Source: Smithellaceae bacterium
GTDB lineage: Bacteria; Desulfobacterota; Syntrophia; Syntrophales; Smithellaceae
Direction: 5' to 3'
Assembly: GCA_963667845.2 (NCBI GenBank)
Contig: CAXXVL010000002.1
Coordinates: 2,624,001-2,688,000 of the forward strand
Length of the DNA: 64,000 nt
In this document: positions 1-9,624 of the stretch, one piece after another
How the letters are laid out: each line of letters begins with the position of its first letter
Position numbering within the stretch: position 1 is the stretch's first letter
Made by a program: the position numbers and the translations under genes
Notes under the pieces: generated by a model
Seen by the model: only the letters and a program-made list of their open reading frames with translations
The model's database searches: none
What the model was told of the DNA's origin: nothing

Positions 1-580
1 TCAACGGAAAAAAATGTGGGAGCGTTTGCGTGAAGGGGGATTCATGGACGAAGCAAAACCCAATGCCGCTCATTTGGCCATCGTGGATCTGGAAAAAATG
101 GGGAAACTCCTTTCGCTCGTCACGCAGAATGTGGATAATCTGCACCAGAGAGCGGGAAGCAATCCCGATCTGATCCGGGAGCTGCATGGCAATATGCAGA
201 TGCTGATTTGTCTGAATTGCCACAGACGATACCCCATTTCCCTCATCAAGGAGCGCTGTGCCGATTCCGACCAGGTTCCCACCTGCGAATACTGCCGGGG
301 AATCCTTAAGCCGGACGTGATCTTCTTCGGCGAGGCGCTACCGCAGCAAACGCTGGCGCAGGCCATGCGCGAAGCAGGCGAATGTGACCTGATGCTGGTG
401 ATCGGCTCTTCACTGGTCGTGTATCCTGCAGCTTATGTTCCGGTTCAGGCCAAACAGGCGGGGGCGGATGTGGTGATCATCAATAAGGGCCCGACGGAAC
501 AGGATCACATCGCTGATGTGCGTATCGATGCTTCTGCGGGCGAGACGATGACGAAGATATTGAACAAGTTAAAAGGGTAA
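1..580 (+). CDS. cobB: Sir2/CobB-family NAD-dependent protein deacylase (5'-truncated by window edge)
   Basis: Motifs PNAAH, VTQNVDNLHQRAG, ELHG, CxxC...CxxC zinc site, LKPDVIFFGE, IGSSLVVYPAA; frame open from window start. Confidence 0.92.
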   Translation, partial: QRKKMWERLREGGFMDEAKPNAAHLAIVDLEKMGKLLSLVTQNVDNLHQRAGSNPDLIRELHGNMQMLICLNCHRRYPISLIKERCADSDQVPTCEYCRGILKPDVIFFGEALPQQTLAQAMREAGECDLMLVIGSSLVVYPAAYVPVQAKQAGADVVIINKGPTEQDHIADVRIDASAGETMTKILNKLKG

Positions 581-586
581 AGGACC

Positions 587-695
587 ACCTTGAACCTTGA
601 ACCTTGAACCTTGAACCTTGAACCTTGAACCTTGAACCTTGAACCTTGCACCTTGCACCTTGAACCTTGCACCTTGAACCTTGAACCTTGAACCT
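587..695. repeat. Tandem heptamer array (ACCTTG[A/C]) x15 plus a partial unit
   Basis: Read directly: 12 ACCTTGA and 3 ACCTTGC units from 587 to 691. Confidence 0.98.
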
Positions 696-709
696 CTTAT
701 GGTGTCTAC

Positions 710-1480
710 ATGTGTCTGATTCTTTTTGCTTACAAAGTCCATCCTGCTTATCCATTGATTCTGGCAGCGAACCGCGATGAATTTTACGACCGGCCTTCAG
801 CTCCCGCCGACTTCTGGAGCCGGCACCCGCAGGTGCTGGCCGGAATTGATCTGAAAGAAAGAGGCACCTGGCTGGGCGTCACGAAAGAAGGCAAATTTGC
901 TGCAATCACGAATTATCGTGATCCGGCCTCCTGGAAAAAAGATGCTCCGTCCCGGGGCGGATTGGTCAGCCGCTATCTGACAGGTTCTTCCTCGGCCGAA
1001 AAATATTTAAAGCGAGTGTCCGCTCGAGCTGCCGAGTATAACGGATTCAACTTACTGCTGGGTGACGCCCGGGATATTTTTGTCTACTCCAACCGCGGTA
1101 AGATGCAAAAACTCACGCCGGGAATTTATGGATTAAGCAATCGTTTGCTGGACACCCCCTGGCCGAAAGTCCGGCGGGGCAAAAAGCTCATGAAGGCAGC
1201 TTTGGACAAAAAAGGCGCCGAACTGGAAGAAGCGCTGTTTGCTCTGCTTGCCGATCGCCAGGTTCCGCCGGACGATCAATTGCCGGAAACCGGCGTGAAT
1301 CTGGAATGGGAAAGGATGCTGTCGCCGATATTTATCACCAGTCCCGTCTACGGGACGCGTTCGTCGTCGATTCTCTTGATCGGCCGCAATAAAAGAATAA
1401 AGTTTATGGAAAAAGTTTACAACGGCGAAAAGGAACCCTGGGTGGTGAGCCGGTTTTCTTTCCACGAGGAGTCTCAATAA
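710..1480 (+). CDS. NRDE/TANGO2 family protein
   Basis: N-terminal MCLI...LAANRDEF motif, GTWLG, TNYR, YGTRS. Confidence 0.93.
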   Translation: MCLILFAYKVHPAYPLILAANRDEFYDRPSAPADFWSRHPQVLAGIDLKERGTWLGVTKEGKFAAITNYRDPASWKKDAPSRGGLVSRYLTGSSSAEKYLKRVSARAAEYNGFNLLLGDARDIFVYSNRGKMQKLTPGIYGLSNRLLDTPWPKVRRGKKLMKAALDKKGAELEEALFALLADRQVPPDDQLPETGVNLEWERMLSPIFITSPVYGTRSSSILLIGRNKRIKFMEKVYNGEKEPWVVSRFSFHEESQ

Positions 1481-1918
1481 ATGCATCGTGAAAATACTAA
1501 TGCTTATCCCGAAAGACCGCGTGTGGGCGTGGGCGCCGTCGTCATTCGCGACGAAAAAGTTCTGCTGGTGAAACGGGCGGGGGAGCCGAATAAGGGACTC
1601 TGGGCCATCCCGGGCGGAACCCTGAAACTCGGTGAGACGATGCGGGAAGGCGCAGCCCGGGAAATCCTGGAAGAAACCGGCATCACGATCGCGGTAGGCG
1701 AATGCATCTATGTCTTTGATCTGATCGAGCGCGATGGCGAGGGAAAGATTAAATTTCAATTTGTCGTTGTTGATTTTGCCGCGCTCTACGTCAAAGGCGA
1801 TGCGAGAGGCGCGGATGATGCCGAAGAGGCCGGATGGTTCGGGCCTGAGGAATTTTTCGATCTTCCGGTATCGGAAAATACGCTGAAAATTTTGCATTCG
1901 ACGGGGTTTCTCAATTAA
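1481..1918 (+). CDS. Nudix hydrolase, ADP-ribose pyrophosphatase-like
   Basis: Nudix box GGTLKLGETMREGAAREILEETG; PxVGVG N-terminus; GADDA motif. Confidence 0.9.
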   Translation: MHRENTNAYPERPRVGVGAVVIRDEKVLLVKRAGEPNKGLWAIPGGTLKLGETMREGAAREILEETGITIAVGECIYVFDLIERDGEGKIKFQFVVVDFAALYVKGDARGADDAEEAGWFGPEEFFDLPVSENTLKILHSTGFLN

Positions 1919-1942
1919 AGATCTTTCAGTCAGGAGGTCGCT

Positions 1943-2686
1943 ATGAAGGTGGTTTATTCCGAGGAATATAAACAGGTTTATTCTTATGATCCCGCATCCA
2001 ATCCCGGAAGAATTGAATCCATCGCCTTTGCCCTTGCGGGCAAGGTGGATTACTTAGAGCCCCAGCCTGCTTCCGAGGAGGATATTGCGGCCATCCACAC
2101 CCCGAAACATATTGCCGAAGTCAGACGCGAAGGGGTTTATGACATCGCCGCGCTCGCTGCCGGCGGCGCCGTCAAGGCCTCGGAAATAGGGCTTTCCGAA
2201 CCTTGCTTTGCCGTCATCCGGCCGCCCGGGCATCACGCTTCCGCCGATACCGCCTGGGGATTCTGCTATTTCAACAACATGGCTATCGCGCTCACCAGAC
2301 TCAAAAAGCGGGACAAAATTAAGAAAGCGTTTATTCTGGATTTTGACCTCCACGTCGGTGACGGCAATATCAACATCCTCGGCCCCAAAGGGTATGTGAC
2401 GATTCTCAACCCCGGCGGCCAGGATCGCAATGAATATCTGAAAACCGTTCACAATGCCCTCGAAAAAACAGACGCGGATATGATCGCCGTATCGGCGGGC
2501 TTTGACAATCATGAGGAGGATTGGGGCGGTCTGCTCACGACGGAAGATTACACCACCATGGGACAATGGGTTGTCGATACGGCCCGCCGCAACGGGGGCG
2601 GCTCATTCGGACTGCTCGAAGGCGGCTACAATCACGCCGTTCTGGGCAACAATGTCTGGGCGTTTATCAAGGGAATGAGCAGCTAG
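1943..2686 (+). CDS. Zn-dependent histone deacetylase-family (AcuC/HDAC-like) protein
   Basis: RPPGHHA, GFCYFNN, DFDLHVGDG, SAGFD, LEGGY; RBS AGGAGG. Confidence 0.93.
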   Translation: MKVVYSEEYKQVYSYDPASNPGRIESIAFALAGKVDYLEPQPASEEDIAAIHTPKHIAEVRREGVYDIAALAAGGAVKASEIGLSEPCFAVIRPPGHHASADTAWGFCYFNNMAIALTRLKKRDKIKKAFILDFDLHVGDGNINILGPKGYVTILNPGGQDRNEYLKTVHNALEKTDADMIAVSAGFDNHEEDWGGLLTTEDYTTMGQWVVDTARRNGGGSFGLLEGGYNHAVLGNNVWAFIKGMSS

Positions 2687-4218
2687 AAAGGAAAATCCCG
2701 ATTGGCCGGTTTCGTTTGTTGGATGGTGACCGCCGGCTCGACATATTTCTCCGCCTTTTGATGAACCGGTTTGGCATGAACGACGATGGACCGGGGCGAG
2801 GTCGGGCAGGCGAGCTGGCAGGCGCCGCAGCCGATGCAGTATTGCTTATCAATTTCCGGGTACAGGACGTTCTGCTTTTCGACGAAGCGGATGGCATGCG
2901 TCGGGCAGACTTCTCCGCAGGCGCCGCAATTCTGATGATCAACATAAACCACACAAATATCCTGCAAAAGCTCGGCTTCGCCGATCTGCGTCAGCTTCTT
3001 TTCATCAAGCCCGAGAGGCCCGATCGCCCCGGTGGGGCAGACTTTGCTGCAGAGGTTGCATTCATAGTCGCAAAAACTTTTTTCATAATTCATTTTCGGC
3101 TGCATCAGGCCCGCGATACCGAAGTCGGCAAATGACGGTGTCAGGACCTGCGTTGGACATACACTGACACACAGAGAGCAGGCAGTGCAGGCCCTGGTAT
3201 AACGGGCTGCGCTGATGGAGCCCGGTGGCGTGACGGGCGGATTGGCGCTGGCGGCGGGGACTTGCGGAAACAGACGGATGTCCGCCGTGTAAGCCAGAAG
3301 TCCGGCAGCCGCTGCGATGCCGCCGATGATGAATCGCCGGCGGGCAGGCATCCAGGAATTCCCGGTATCTATTTTCCGGGGCTTCAATTGATAGCGGATG
3401 GCGCCTTTGGAGCAGGCGGGAACGCAATTAAAACAGCCGATGCATCGGCTCATATCCAGCGACGCAGTTTGCAGGTCGATACACCCGGCCTTGCAGACCT
3501 TTTCGCACTGCACGCATCCGGAGCAGGCCTTTTGATCCAACGTGAAATGCATCCAAGAGGCGCGCGATAACAGGCCCAGCAGCGTTCCCACCGGGCAAAC
3601 CGTATTACAATAAAGCCGGCCCCGGGTTACGGCCAGATACAGAATCAGCAGAAAAAAGCCCGCTGTCACGGCCAGAACGGAGAGGGGAACAAAGGCCGTC
3701 TGTTTCGGATACAGGTAAATATCAAACGGTTTTAAGGCCAGGATTGCCAGGTTGTATATCCAGACGATGAGCGGCTGAAGAAAATATGTAAATATTCTTC
3801 CCGCAAAAGAGTAGGGATCAAGCAGGCCGGCCAATGACAGAAAACCGGCCGAGAGGGCCATCACCGTCAAAACCAGAAATGTGTAACGCAGGCCGTTTTG
3901 CGGCCTCGAAAAAGAATGCCCGGGCCGGCGGCTGAACTTTTTGGATTCGGCGATCAGTAAATCCTGAAGCGTACCCAGCGGGCAGAGAAAAGAGCAGTAA
4001 ACCCGGCCGAAGATCAGCGTGATCAGGATAACAAAAATAATTCCGGCGATGAACAGCGCTTCCGGCCTAGTGATGATCCGCACGATCGCCGGCAGCAATT
4101 GGAGGGGCAGAAGAAACCCCGACAAAAAAGTGCTCACGATGTCCGGACCCAAAAACAGCAGGACAAAAGAAACAAAAATGATGATGGAGATGATTTTACG
4201 AAATCGAATCAGAGACAA
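2683..4218 (-). CDS. Membrane polyferredoxin (NapH/MauN-like fused to NapG/MauM-like 4Fe-4S domains)
   Basis: Hydrophobic helices, GRVYCSFLCPLG and GRLYCNTVCPVG motifs, many CxxCxxCxxxCP. Confidence 0.85.
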   Translation of the reverse strand: MSLIRFRKIISIIIFVSFVLLFLGPDIVSTFLSGFLLPLQLLPAIVRIITRPEALFIAGIIFVILITLIFGRVYCSFLCPLGTLQDLLIAESKKFSRRPGHSFSRPQNGLRYTFLVLTVMALSAGFLSLAGLLDPYSFAGRIFTYFLQPLIVWIYNLAILALKPFDIYLYPKQTAFVPLSVLAVTAGFFLLILYLAVTRGRLYCNTVCPVGTLLGLLSRASWMHFTLDQKACSGCVQCEKVCKAGCIDLQTASLDMSRCIGCFNCVPACSKGAIRYQLKPRKIDTGNSWMPARRRFIIGGIAAAAGLLAYTADIRLFPQVPAASANPPVTPPGSISAARYTRACTACSLCVSVCPTQVLTPSFADFGIAGLMQPKMNYEKSFCDYECNLCSKVCPTGAIGPLGLDEKKLTQIGEAELLQDICVVYVDHQNCGACGEVCPTHAIRFVEKQNVLYPEIDKQYCIGCGACQLACPTSPRSIVVHAKPVHQKAEKYVEPAVTIQQTKPANRDFPF

Positions 4219-4230
4219 GAAGCCGGTCCT

Positions 4231-5184
4231 CTACATCGCATAGGTGACAATTTTCAGCTCTTTTAAATTCATATTGCCGGTTTTTTGCGCGTGGGCGATC
4301 CTGATGTAGCCGATATCGTCCGGCTCTTTGCCGAAAATTTTGGCGGCAGCCGCGTCCACTGCGACAATGTCCCTGGACAAAAGCAGGGTCTTCTTCAACT
4401 GCACATCAGCTGCGGCCGGGTTTGCAGGTCCCGCCGGGCCGTGACTCATCAAGACCCGGTAGGCATCGACCACATTGAGATCGGGTTTGCGGTAAAGGCA
4501 AAAATCCGCGATGCACTGATCGAGACCGCTTAAGTGATACTCGAGGCGGTTTTTGACGACGCCCATGAGATTCTTCATGGCGATGGAAAGGTATGCGGAG
4601 CTGTGGTGCTTAAGGACCGGTACGTTGATGAAGACGTCGGAATCCAGAATGAGACTGTGCACGTCCGCCGTTTTGAGCGTTTTCCCGCCTCGGATCGTCA
4701 CCTCGCGGTAACTGAAATCATCCGTGGGCACCACGATGCCGCGGACCGATTTAGCCGCGTCTTCGATGCCGCTCAGTTTATAGCAATTGCGGGCGTTGCC
4801 AGAGGTGGGGGACACAACATTGTCGAAAACATAAACGCGTTTGGCGCCCGCGGCATAGCAGGACTCGATGATGGTCTTAACCAGCAGCGGGTTGGTGGTC
4901 GCGCCGACTTCCGGAACGCGCGGAAAACCGATATTCGGCTTGACAACCACCGTCTGTCCTTTCCTGACAAACTGGCTCATGCCCCCTGCGAGTTCGATGG
5001 CTTTTTTGAACATCGCATCCGGCTCGCCATTCTTGACGGCAACCAGATCAGGGATGCCCGAGGGCTTTTCCCTGGCAATCAGAAACCCGGGTCTTCCGAG
5101 AATAACCGCGCCGCCCGCGATCAGGCCGAGCGATAAGCCTTTTTGAATCACTTCCCGCCTGTTAAATTTTGCCGTGTCTTTCAC
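4231..5184 (-). CDS. DUF362 family protein with Tat signal
   Basis: NRREVI twin-arginine leader; VVVKPNI, INVPVLKHH, AMKNLMG, DIVAVDA. Confidence 0.85.
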   Translation of the reverse strand: MKDTAKFNRREVIQKGLSLGLIAGGAVILGRPGFLIAREKPSGIPDLVAVKNGEPDAMFKKAIELAGGMSQFVRKGQTVVVKPNIGFPRVPEVGATTNPLLVKTIIESCYAAGAKRVYVFDNVVSPTSGNARNCYKLSGIEDAAKSVRGIVVPTDDFSYREVTIRGGKTLKTADVHSLILDSDVFINVPVLKHHSSAYLSIAMKNLMGVVKNRLEYHLSGLDQCIADFCLYRKPDLNVVDAYRVLMSHGPAGPANPAAADVQLKKTLLLSRDIVAVDAAAAKIFGKEPDDIGYIRIAHAQKTGNMNLKELKIVTYAM

Positions 5185-5357
5185 GTTTTCCTCCGCCCGG
5201 GCCGGTTCAACGACAAATCATTATGTCGAACTGAGGTAAAGTATAAGAAGAAATCAAGATGGTGTCAATGAAAAGCAAAAAGCACCCCGGCGGATAGTTC
5301 TTGTGCGGCGGGCGAGGGTAGTGGTATAAAAAGTGACAAATCGCTGTTTGGAATTGT

Positions 5358-5465
5358 ATGGTCAATCAACCACCTCGCGGCAAGCTGTCGAGGCATGAAA
5401 GGAACGTCATTATTTCGCAGCAAGCAACACGGAATTAACGCTCGTCCCGCGTAAGCGGGATCAAA
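5358..5465 (+). repeat. ~108-bp dispersed intergenic element, copy 1 (MITE-like)
   Basis: Closely matches reverse complement of 12187-12296; internal TCGC[AG]GCAAGC direct repeat. Confidence 0.85.
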
Positions 5466-5479
5466 GACGGGGAGCCACC

Positions 5480-6589
5480 ATGACTACGGTCATCATTCGC
5501 CGGGCCGACTATCAATATGAACAGATCAAGCCGCTGGTCTTCGATATGATCGAAAAACTGGCCGGCAAAAAGATCACGGCCGGCTCCCGTGTGCTTGTGA
5601 AACCCAATATGCTTTCCGCGGCCCGGATTGAGGATGCCGTGTTGACCCATCCGCTGATCATCCGGGCCGCTGTGGAGTATGTTCTGCAGAAGGGCGCACG
5701 GCCCCGGGTTTCCGATTCTCCGGCTATCGGCTCTTTTGAAAAGATTTTGAAAGGCAACGGCACGACGGAGGCGCTCACCGGTCTCGATGTAAAATGCGCG
5801 CCGTTCAAAGATGTCCTCGACGTGGATATCGGGAAACCCTATGGCCGGATCGAGATAGCGCGCGAGGCCCTGGACGCTGATGTCATCATCAATCTGCCGA
5901 AACTTAAAACGCACAGTCAGATGCTGCTTACCCTGGCAGTAAAAAATATGTTCGGCTGCATTGTCGGATTCAAAAAATCCCAGTGGCATATGCGCGCCGG
6001 TGTCGATACAACGGCTTTTGCGCGGCTGCTGGTCGCGATTCATCAGGCCGTCAAACCCGCAGTATCCATTCTGGACGGAATCCTCGCGCTGGAAGGCGAC
6101 GGACCGGGCAAAGGCGGCACTCCGCGGCGCCTAGGCGTCCTGGTCGGCTCCGACGATGCTTTCGCCCTGGATATGGTCGTCTGCGAAATGGTCCGCGTGT
6201 ACTATGAAAATGTGCCGACGCTGAAAGTCGCATACACTCTGGGGCTGATTCCTTCATTTGATGTCGACGGAGAAATACGCCCGGTCAGCAAATTTCGCTT
6301 GCCGGGCGGCGGGCCCCTGGTTTTCGGCCCTGCCGTCTTCCAGAACTTCCTGCGCCGCCATACGGTGGCCCTGCCGGTCTGCGACCCGTCTTCGTGTGAT
6401 CTGTGCGGCAAATGCCGGAAGATCTGCCCCGCGGCCGCGATTTACGAGTCAACCGGCAAGATCGCATTCAATTATGAGAAATGTATCCGCTGCTATTGCT
6501 GTATTGAGGTGTGTCCGGGCGGGGCATTGCGCGCCAAAGAAAGCCTGGGGGGCAAGATCACGCGAAAGCTCATGGACACCTTTTCGTAA
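5480..6589 (+). CDS. DUF362 protein with C-terminal 2[4Fe-4S] ferredoxin domain
   Basis: VLVKPNM, INLPKLKTH, AVKNMFG; CDLCGKCRKICP and CIRCYCCIEVCP. Confidence 0.87.
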   Translation: MTTVIIRRADYQYEQIKPLVFDMIEKLAGKKITAGSRVLVKPNMLSAARIEDAVLTHPLIIRAAVEYVLQKGARPRVSDSPAIGSFEKILKGNGTTEALTGLDVKCAPFKDVLDVDIGKPYGRIEIAREALDADVIINLPKLKTHSQMLLTLAVKNMFGCIVGFKKSQWHMRAGVDTTAFARLLVAIHQAVKPAVSILDGILALEGDGPGKGGTPRRLGVLVGSDDAFALDMVVCEMVRVYYENVPTLKVAYTLGLIPSFDVDGEIRPVSKFRLPGGGPLVFGPAVFQNFLRRHTVALPVCDPSSCDLCGKCRKICPAAAIYESTGKIAFNYEKCIRCYCCIEVCPGGALRAKESLGGKITRKLMDTFS

Positions 6590-6700
6590 AATATCCTGCC
6601 GGTTGAATTGAGACACCGGGTTGTGGTATAGAATAACCATCATTTACTTTTTGCATTGCCTGTTGATTCCCTAATTATAAAAGAAGGAGGTCTATACGCG

Positions 6701-7063
6701 ATGTCGGAAGAAACCCACCACAAAAAAGAGCACGACGAAAAACATCTGGACAAACTGACTGTAAAGGAATTGCGGGATATCGCCGCGGAGTTTCCGCATG
6801 AACGGGCCATCCACGACATGAAGAAGGAGGAGCTTATCGTCTTCATCAAGGAAGCCAAGGGCATCAAGGATGATGCGCCCGCACACAAGCACAAACACAA
6901 AGGTAAAATCAAGCTGACCAGGCCCCAACTCAAGGCAAAAATCAGGGAGCTGAAAATCCTGCGCGGACAGGCGCTCGAAGAAAGCGAAACCCAAAAAGCG
7001 GTTTCGCTGCGCCATCAGATAAGCCGTCTGAAGAAGATATCGCGACGTGCTGCGGAAGCTTGA
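6701..7063 (+). CDS. Small basic protein with Rho N-terminal (HeH)-like domain
   Basis: LDKLTVKELRDIA...MKKEELI pattern; AAGGAGG RBS before ATG 6701. Confidence 0.7.
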   Translation: MSEETHHKKEHDEKHLDKLTVKELRDIAAEFPHERAIHDMKKEELIVFIKEAKGIKDDAPAHKHKHKGKIKLTRPQLKAKIRELKILRGQALEESETQKAVSLRHQISRLKKISRRAAEA

Positions 7064-7073
7064 AAAGAAAGGA

Positions 7074-7181
7074 TCAAGGTTCAAGGTACAAGGTGCAAGG
7101 TACAAGGTCTGAGGTGAAAAAAAAGAGGCGTGCCGTCGCAGCGCCTCTTTTTTTAATTTTAACTTGAACCTTGCATCTTGA
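7074..7181. repeat. Heptamer repeats in inverted arrangement flanking a terminator
   Basis: NCAAGGT x5 at 7074-7108 (reverse complement of the 587 array unit) and three forward degenerate units at 7161-7181. Confidence 0.85.
7117..7154. terminator. Bidirectional intrinsic terminator
   Basis: A-run-GAGGCG...CGCCTC-T-run between convergent genes. Confidence 0.88.
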
Positions 7182-7182
7182 T

Positions 7183-8436
7183 TTAAAGCATTTCTATCGC
7201 CGTGGCCATCGAAACCCCGCCGCCGCCGCACAGCGTCGCCATACCCAGCGTCTTACCGTGTTTTTTCATGGCATGGATCAATGTGACCATAATGCGGCAG
7301 CCCGTGGAGCCGACCGGGTGCCCCAGCCCGATGCCCGATCCGTTGATGTTGGTGATCTCCCGGTTAATGCCGAGTTCCTTCTCGCAGCCCAGATACTGGC
7401 CGGCAAATGCTTCATTAACTTCCATCAGCTCAAAAGCATCCAGGGAAAGTCCCGGATCGTTTTTGAGCAGGTTTCTCACAGCCGGAACCGGGCTCAAACC
7501 CATGACGGAAGGATGGCACCCGCCGCGCGCGGAGGATCGTATCCTCGCGATCGGTTTCAATCCCAATTCTTTGGCTTTTTCGGCCGACATGATGATCATG
7601 GCGGAAGCGCCGTCGTTGAGCCCCGAGGAGTTGCCGGCCGTCACCTTGCCGACCTTGGGAATGAATGCGGGCGGCAGGGCCTGCAGCTGTTCCATTGTCA
7701 GGGCCGGGCGGAAATGCTCGTCCTTATCAAAAATAATGGGCGGCTTGCCTTTTTTCTGGGGGATCTCGATCGGGACGATCTCTTCTTTGAAATCGCCGTT
7801 CTTGGTGGCGCGCTCGACGTTGTTATGGCTGCGCAGGGCTACTTCATCCATTTCCTGGCGGCTGATATTCAGGAGCTGGGCGATCAGTTCCGTGGTATGG
7901 CCCATGATATAGGGTTTGCCCTTTAAGCTTTCGAAAGGTTGTCCTGATTTGACGGGGCCGTCGTCGCCAAGCGGCATGACATAGGAACCGCAATGCAGGG
8001 CGCGGATCATGGAATCGATAAAAACCGTGTCCTGAAGGCGGCAGCCCCAGCGGGCGTCGAAGCTCACATAGGGTGTACCGGACATATGTTCAACGCCTCC
8101 GGCTAAAATGATATCGGCCATGCCGGCTTTGATCATGGCCGTGCCGCTGAGGACGGCTTCCATCCCGGAAATACAGACGCGATTCAGCGTAACCGCGGTC
8201 ACTGTTTCCGGAATTCCGGCCATCAGTGCTCCTACGCGAGCGGTGTTAAGTGTATTACAGGATTCAATGCAGCAGCCAAACCGGACATCATCGATTATGG
8301 CGGGATCGATCCCGGCGCGCTTTACTGCTTCTTTCATCGCGACCGCTGCAATGCGGGCGCCGATCATGTCCTTTAATGTTCCTCCGAATGTTCCTATAGC
8401 CGTCCTGCACGCTGAAACAATGACTACATCTTTCAT
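7183..8436 (-). CDS. Acetyl-CoA C-acetyltransferase (thiolase)
   Basis: NRVCISG catalytic Cys, VTAGNSSGLNDGA, NEAFA, GHPVG, LCGGGG. Confidence 0.95.
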   Translation of the reverse strand: MKDVVIVSACRTAIGTFGGTLKDMIGARIAAVAMKEAVKRAGIDPAIIDDVRFGCCIESCNTLNTARVGALMAGIPETVTAVTLNRVCISGMEAVLSGTAMIKAGMADIILAGGVEHMSGTPYVSFDARWGCRLQDTVFIDSMIRALHCGSYVMPLGDDGPVKSGQPFESLKGKPYIMGHTTELIAQLLNISRQEMDEVALRSHNNVERATKNGDFKEEIVPIEIPQKKGKPPIIFDKDEHFRPALTMEQLQALPPAFIPKVGKVTAGNSSGLNDGASAMIIMSAEKAKELGLKPIARIRSSARGGCHPSVMGLSPVPAVRNLLKNDPGLSLDAFELMEVNEAFAGQYLGCEKELGINREITNINGSGIGLGHPVGSTGCRIMVTLIHAMKKHGKTLGMATLCGGGGVSMATAIEML

Positions 8437-8775
8437 CGCATAATCTCCTTTTTAATTGGAATGGGGAACGTCCTGGCGCCGATCCGAGGGACCTGAAGCA
8501 TTGGTCCTCAATATGGCCAATCACCGGTTTGATCCATAAACCCCAAAAACGAGCTGTCTTTCTGTAATGAGAGTCGGGAAAGTTGTCAAGAAGTATCCTA
8601 AAAACATTCCAATTTTGTTGAGTTGCGTATTGAGCTTGATATGATCAGGGAATTAATGACCGAGATAGTTCTTTTATTGAAGAACTGGATTGGAAAGCAT
8701 GATATAAAGGTGCCCAAGGCGCAGGTTCGCGCGCCGGCAGGACTGACAAAATTTTGAAGATGAAGGGAGAATCTC

Positions 8776-9624
8776 ATGGACTACGAACAGATTCAATACA
8801 AGCCCGGCAAAGTGACGCAAATCATTTTCAACCGGCCCCAATACCTTAATGCCCAGAGCTATCAGATGCTTGCCGAGGTTGACCAGGCCTTCGATGCGGC
8901 CGTTGCCGACCAAAACTGCGGAGCCATTGTCCTATCCGGCGCGGGGCGGGCCTTTTCCGCGGGCCACGATCTGGGAACGAAGGAAGAAATCCAATATTGC
9001 CGGGAGCACGGCCTGACAGTGCCCAATGATGGAAACCTGCCGAAGAAGGTGGCGGACATGCGCGAATGGTTTGTGAAAAAGACATTAGACTGGCGCAATT
9101 GTCCGAAGCCGACCGTGGCCATGGTTCAAGGGTATTGCATTTACGGCGGTTGGATGCTGGCGGCGGCAATGGATGTCATTTTTGCCGCCGAGGATACCTT
9201 GTTTCTTCCCGGCATGGTTGAATACTTCTCCATTCCCTGGGATATGGGTCCGCGTAAAGCCAAGGAAATTCTTTTGGAGCACCGGTTTATTACCGCGGCT
9301 GAGGCCCTTTCCTGCGGGTTCGTCAATCGAATCTATCCACCCGACCAGTTGGAGAAAGAAACCCTGGCCTATGCCGGGCGCGTGGCTGAAAATCACCTCA
9401 TGGCTCCCGCGTGGACGCAGACAATTAAATCTTCAATTAATCACATGCAGGACACCATGGGGTTCAGCGCCGAAATCGAAGCAGCCTACGCGAGCTTCTG
9501 CCTGATGTTCGGACTCGGTGCCCATTCGGCAGCCAAACCCGAAGAGGGTGGCTTCGCCCGCACCGGTATTGCCCGCCGAAACTTTGAGTTGACCAAACCA
9601 TGGCTTTCCGGACGGAAGCTTTGA
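8776..9624 (+). CDS. Enoyl-CoA hydratase/isomerase family protein
   Basis: NRPQYLNA, GRAFSAGHDL, CPKPTVAMVQG, GPRKAKE. Confidence 0.88.
   Translation: MDYEQIQYKPGKVTQIIFNRPQYLNAQSYQMLAEVDQAFDAAVADQNCGAIVLSGAGRAFSAGHDLGTKEEIQYCREHGLTVPNDGNLPKKVADMREWFVKKTLDWRNCPKPTVAMVQGYCIYGGWMLAAAMDVIFAAEDTLFLPGMVEYFSIPWDMGPRKAKEILLEHRFITAAEALSCGFVNRIYPPDQLEKETLAYAGRVAENHLMAPAWTQTIKSSINHMQDTMGFSAEIEAAYASFCLMFGLGAHSAAKPEEGGFARTGIARRNFELTKPWLSGRKL

Noticed and set aside
587..695. CRISPR array
   Set aside because: Units are 7 bp with no spacers, and no cas genes are in the window
480..755. 91-aa minus-strand ORF with KVQGSRF repeats
   Set aside because: Translation artefact of the heptamer array
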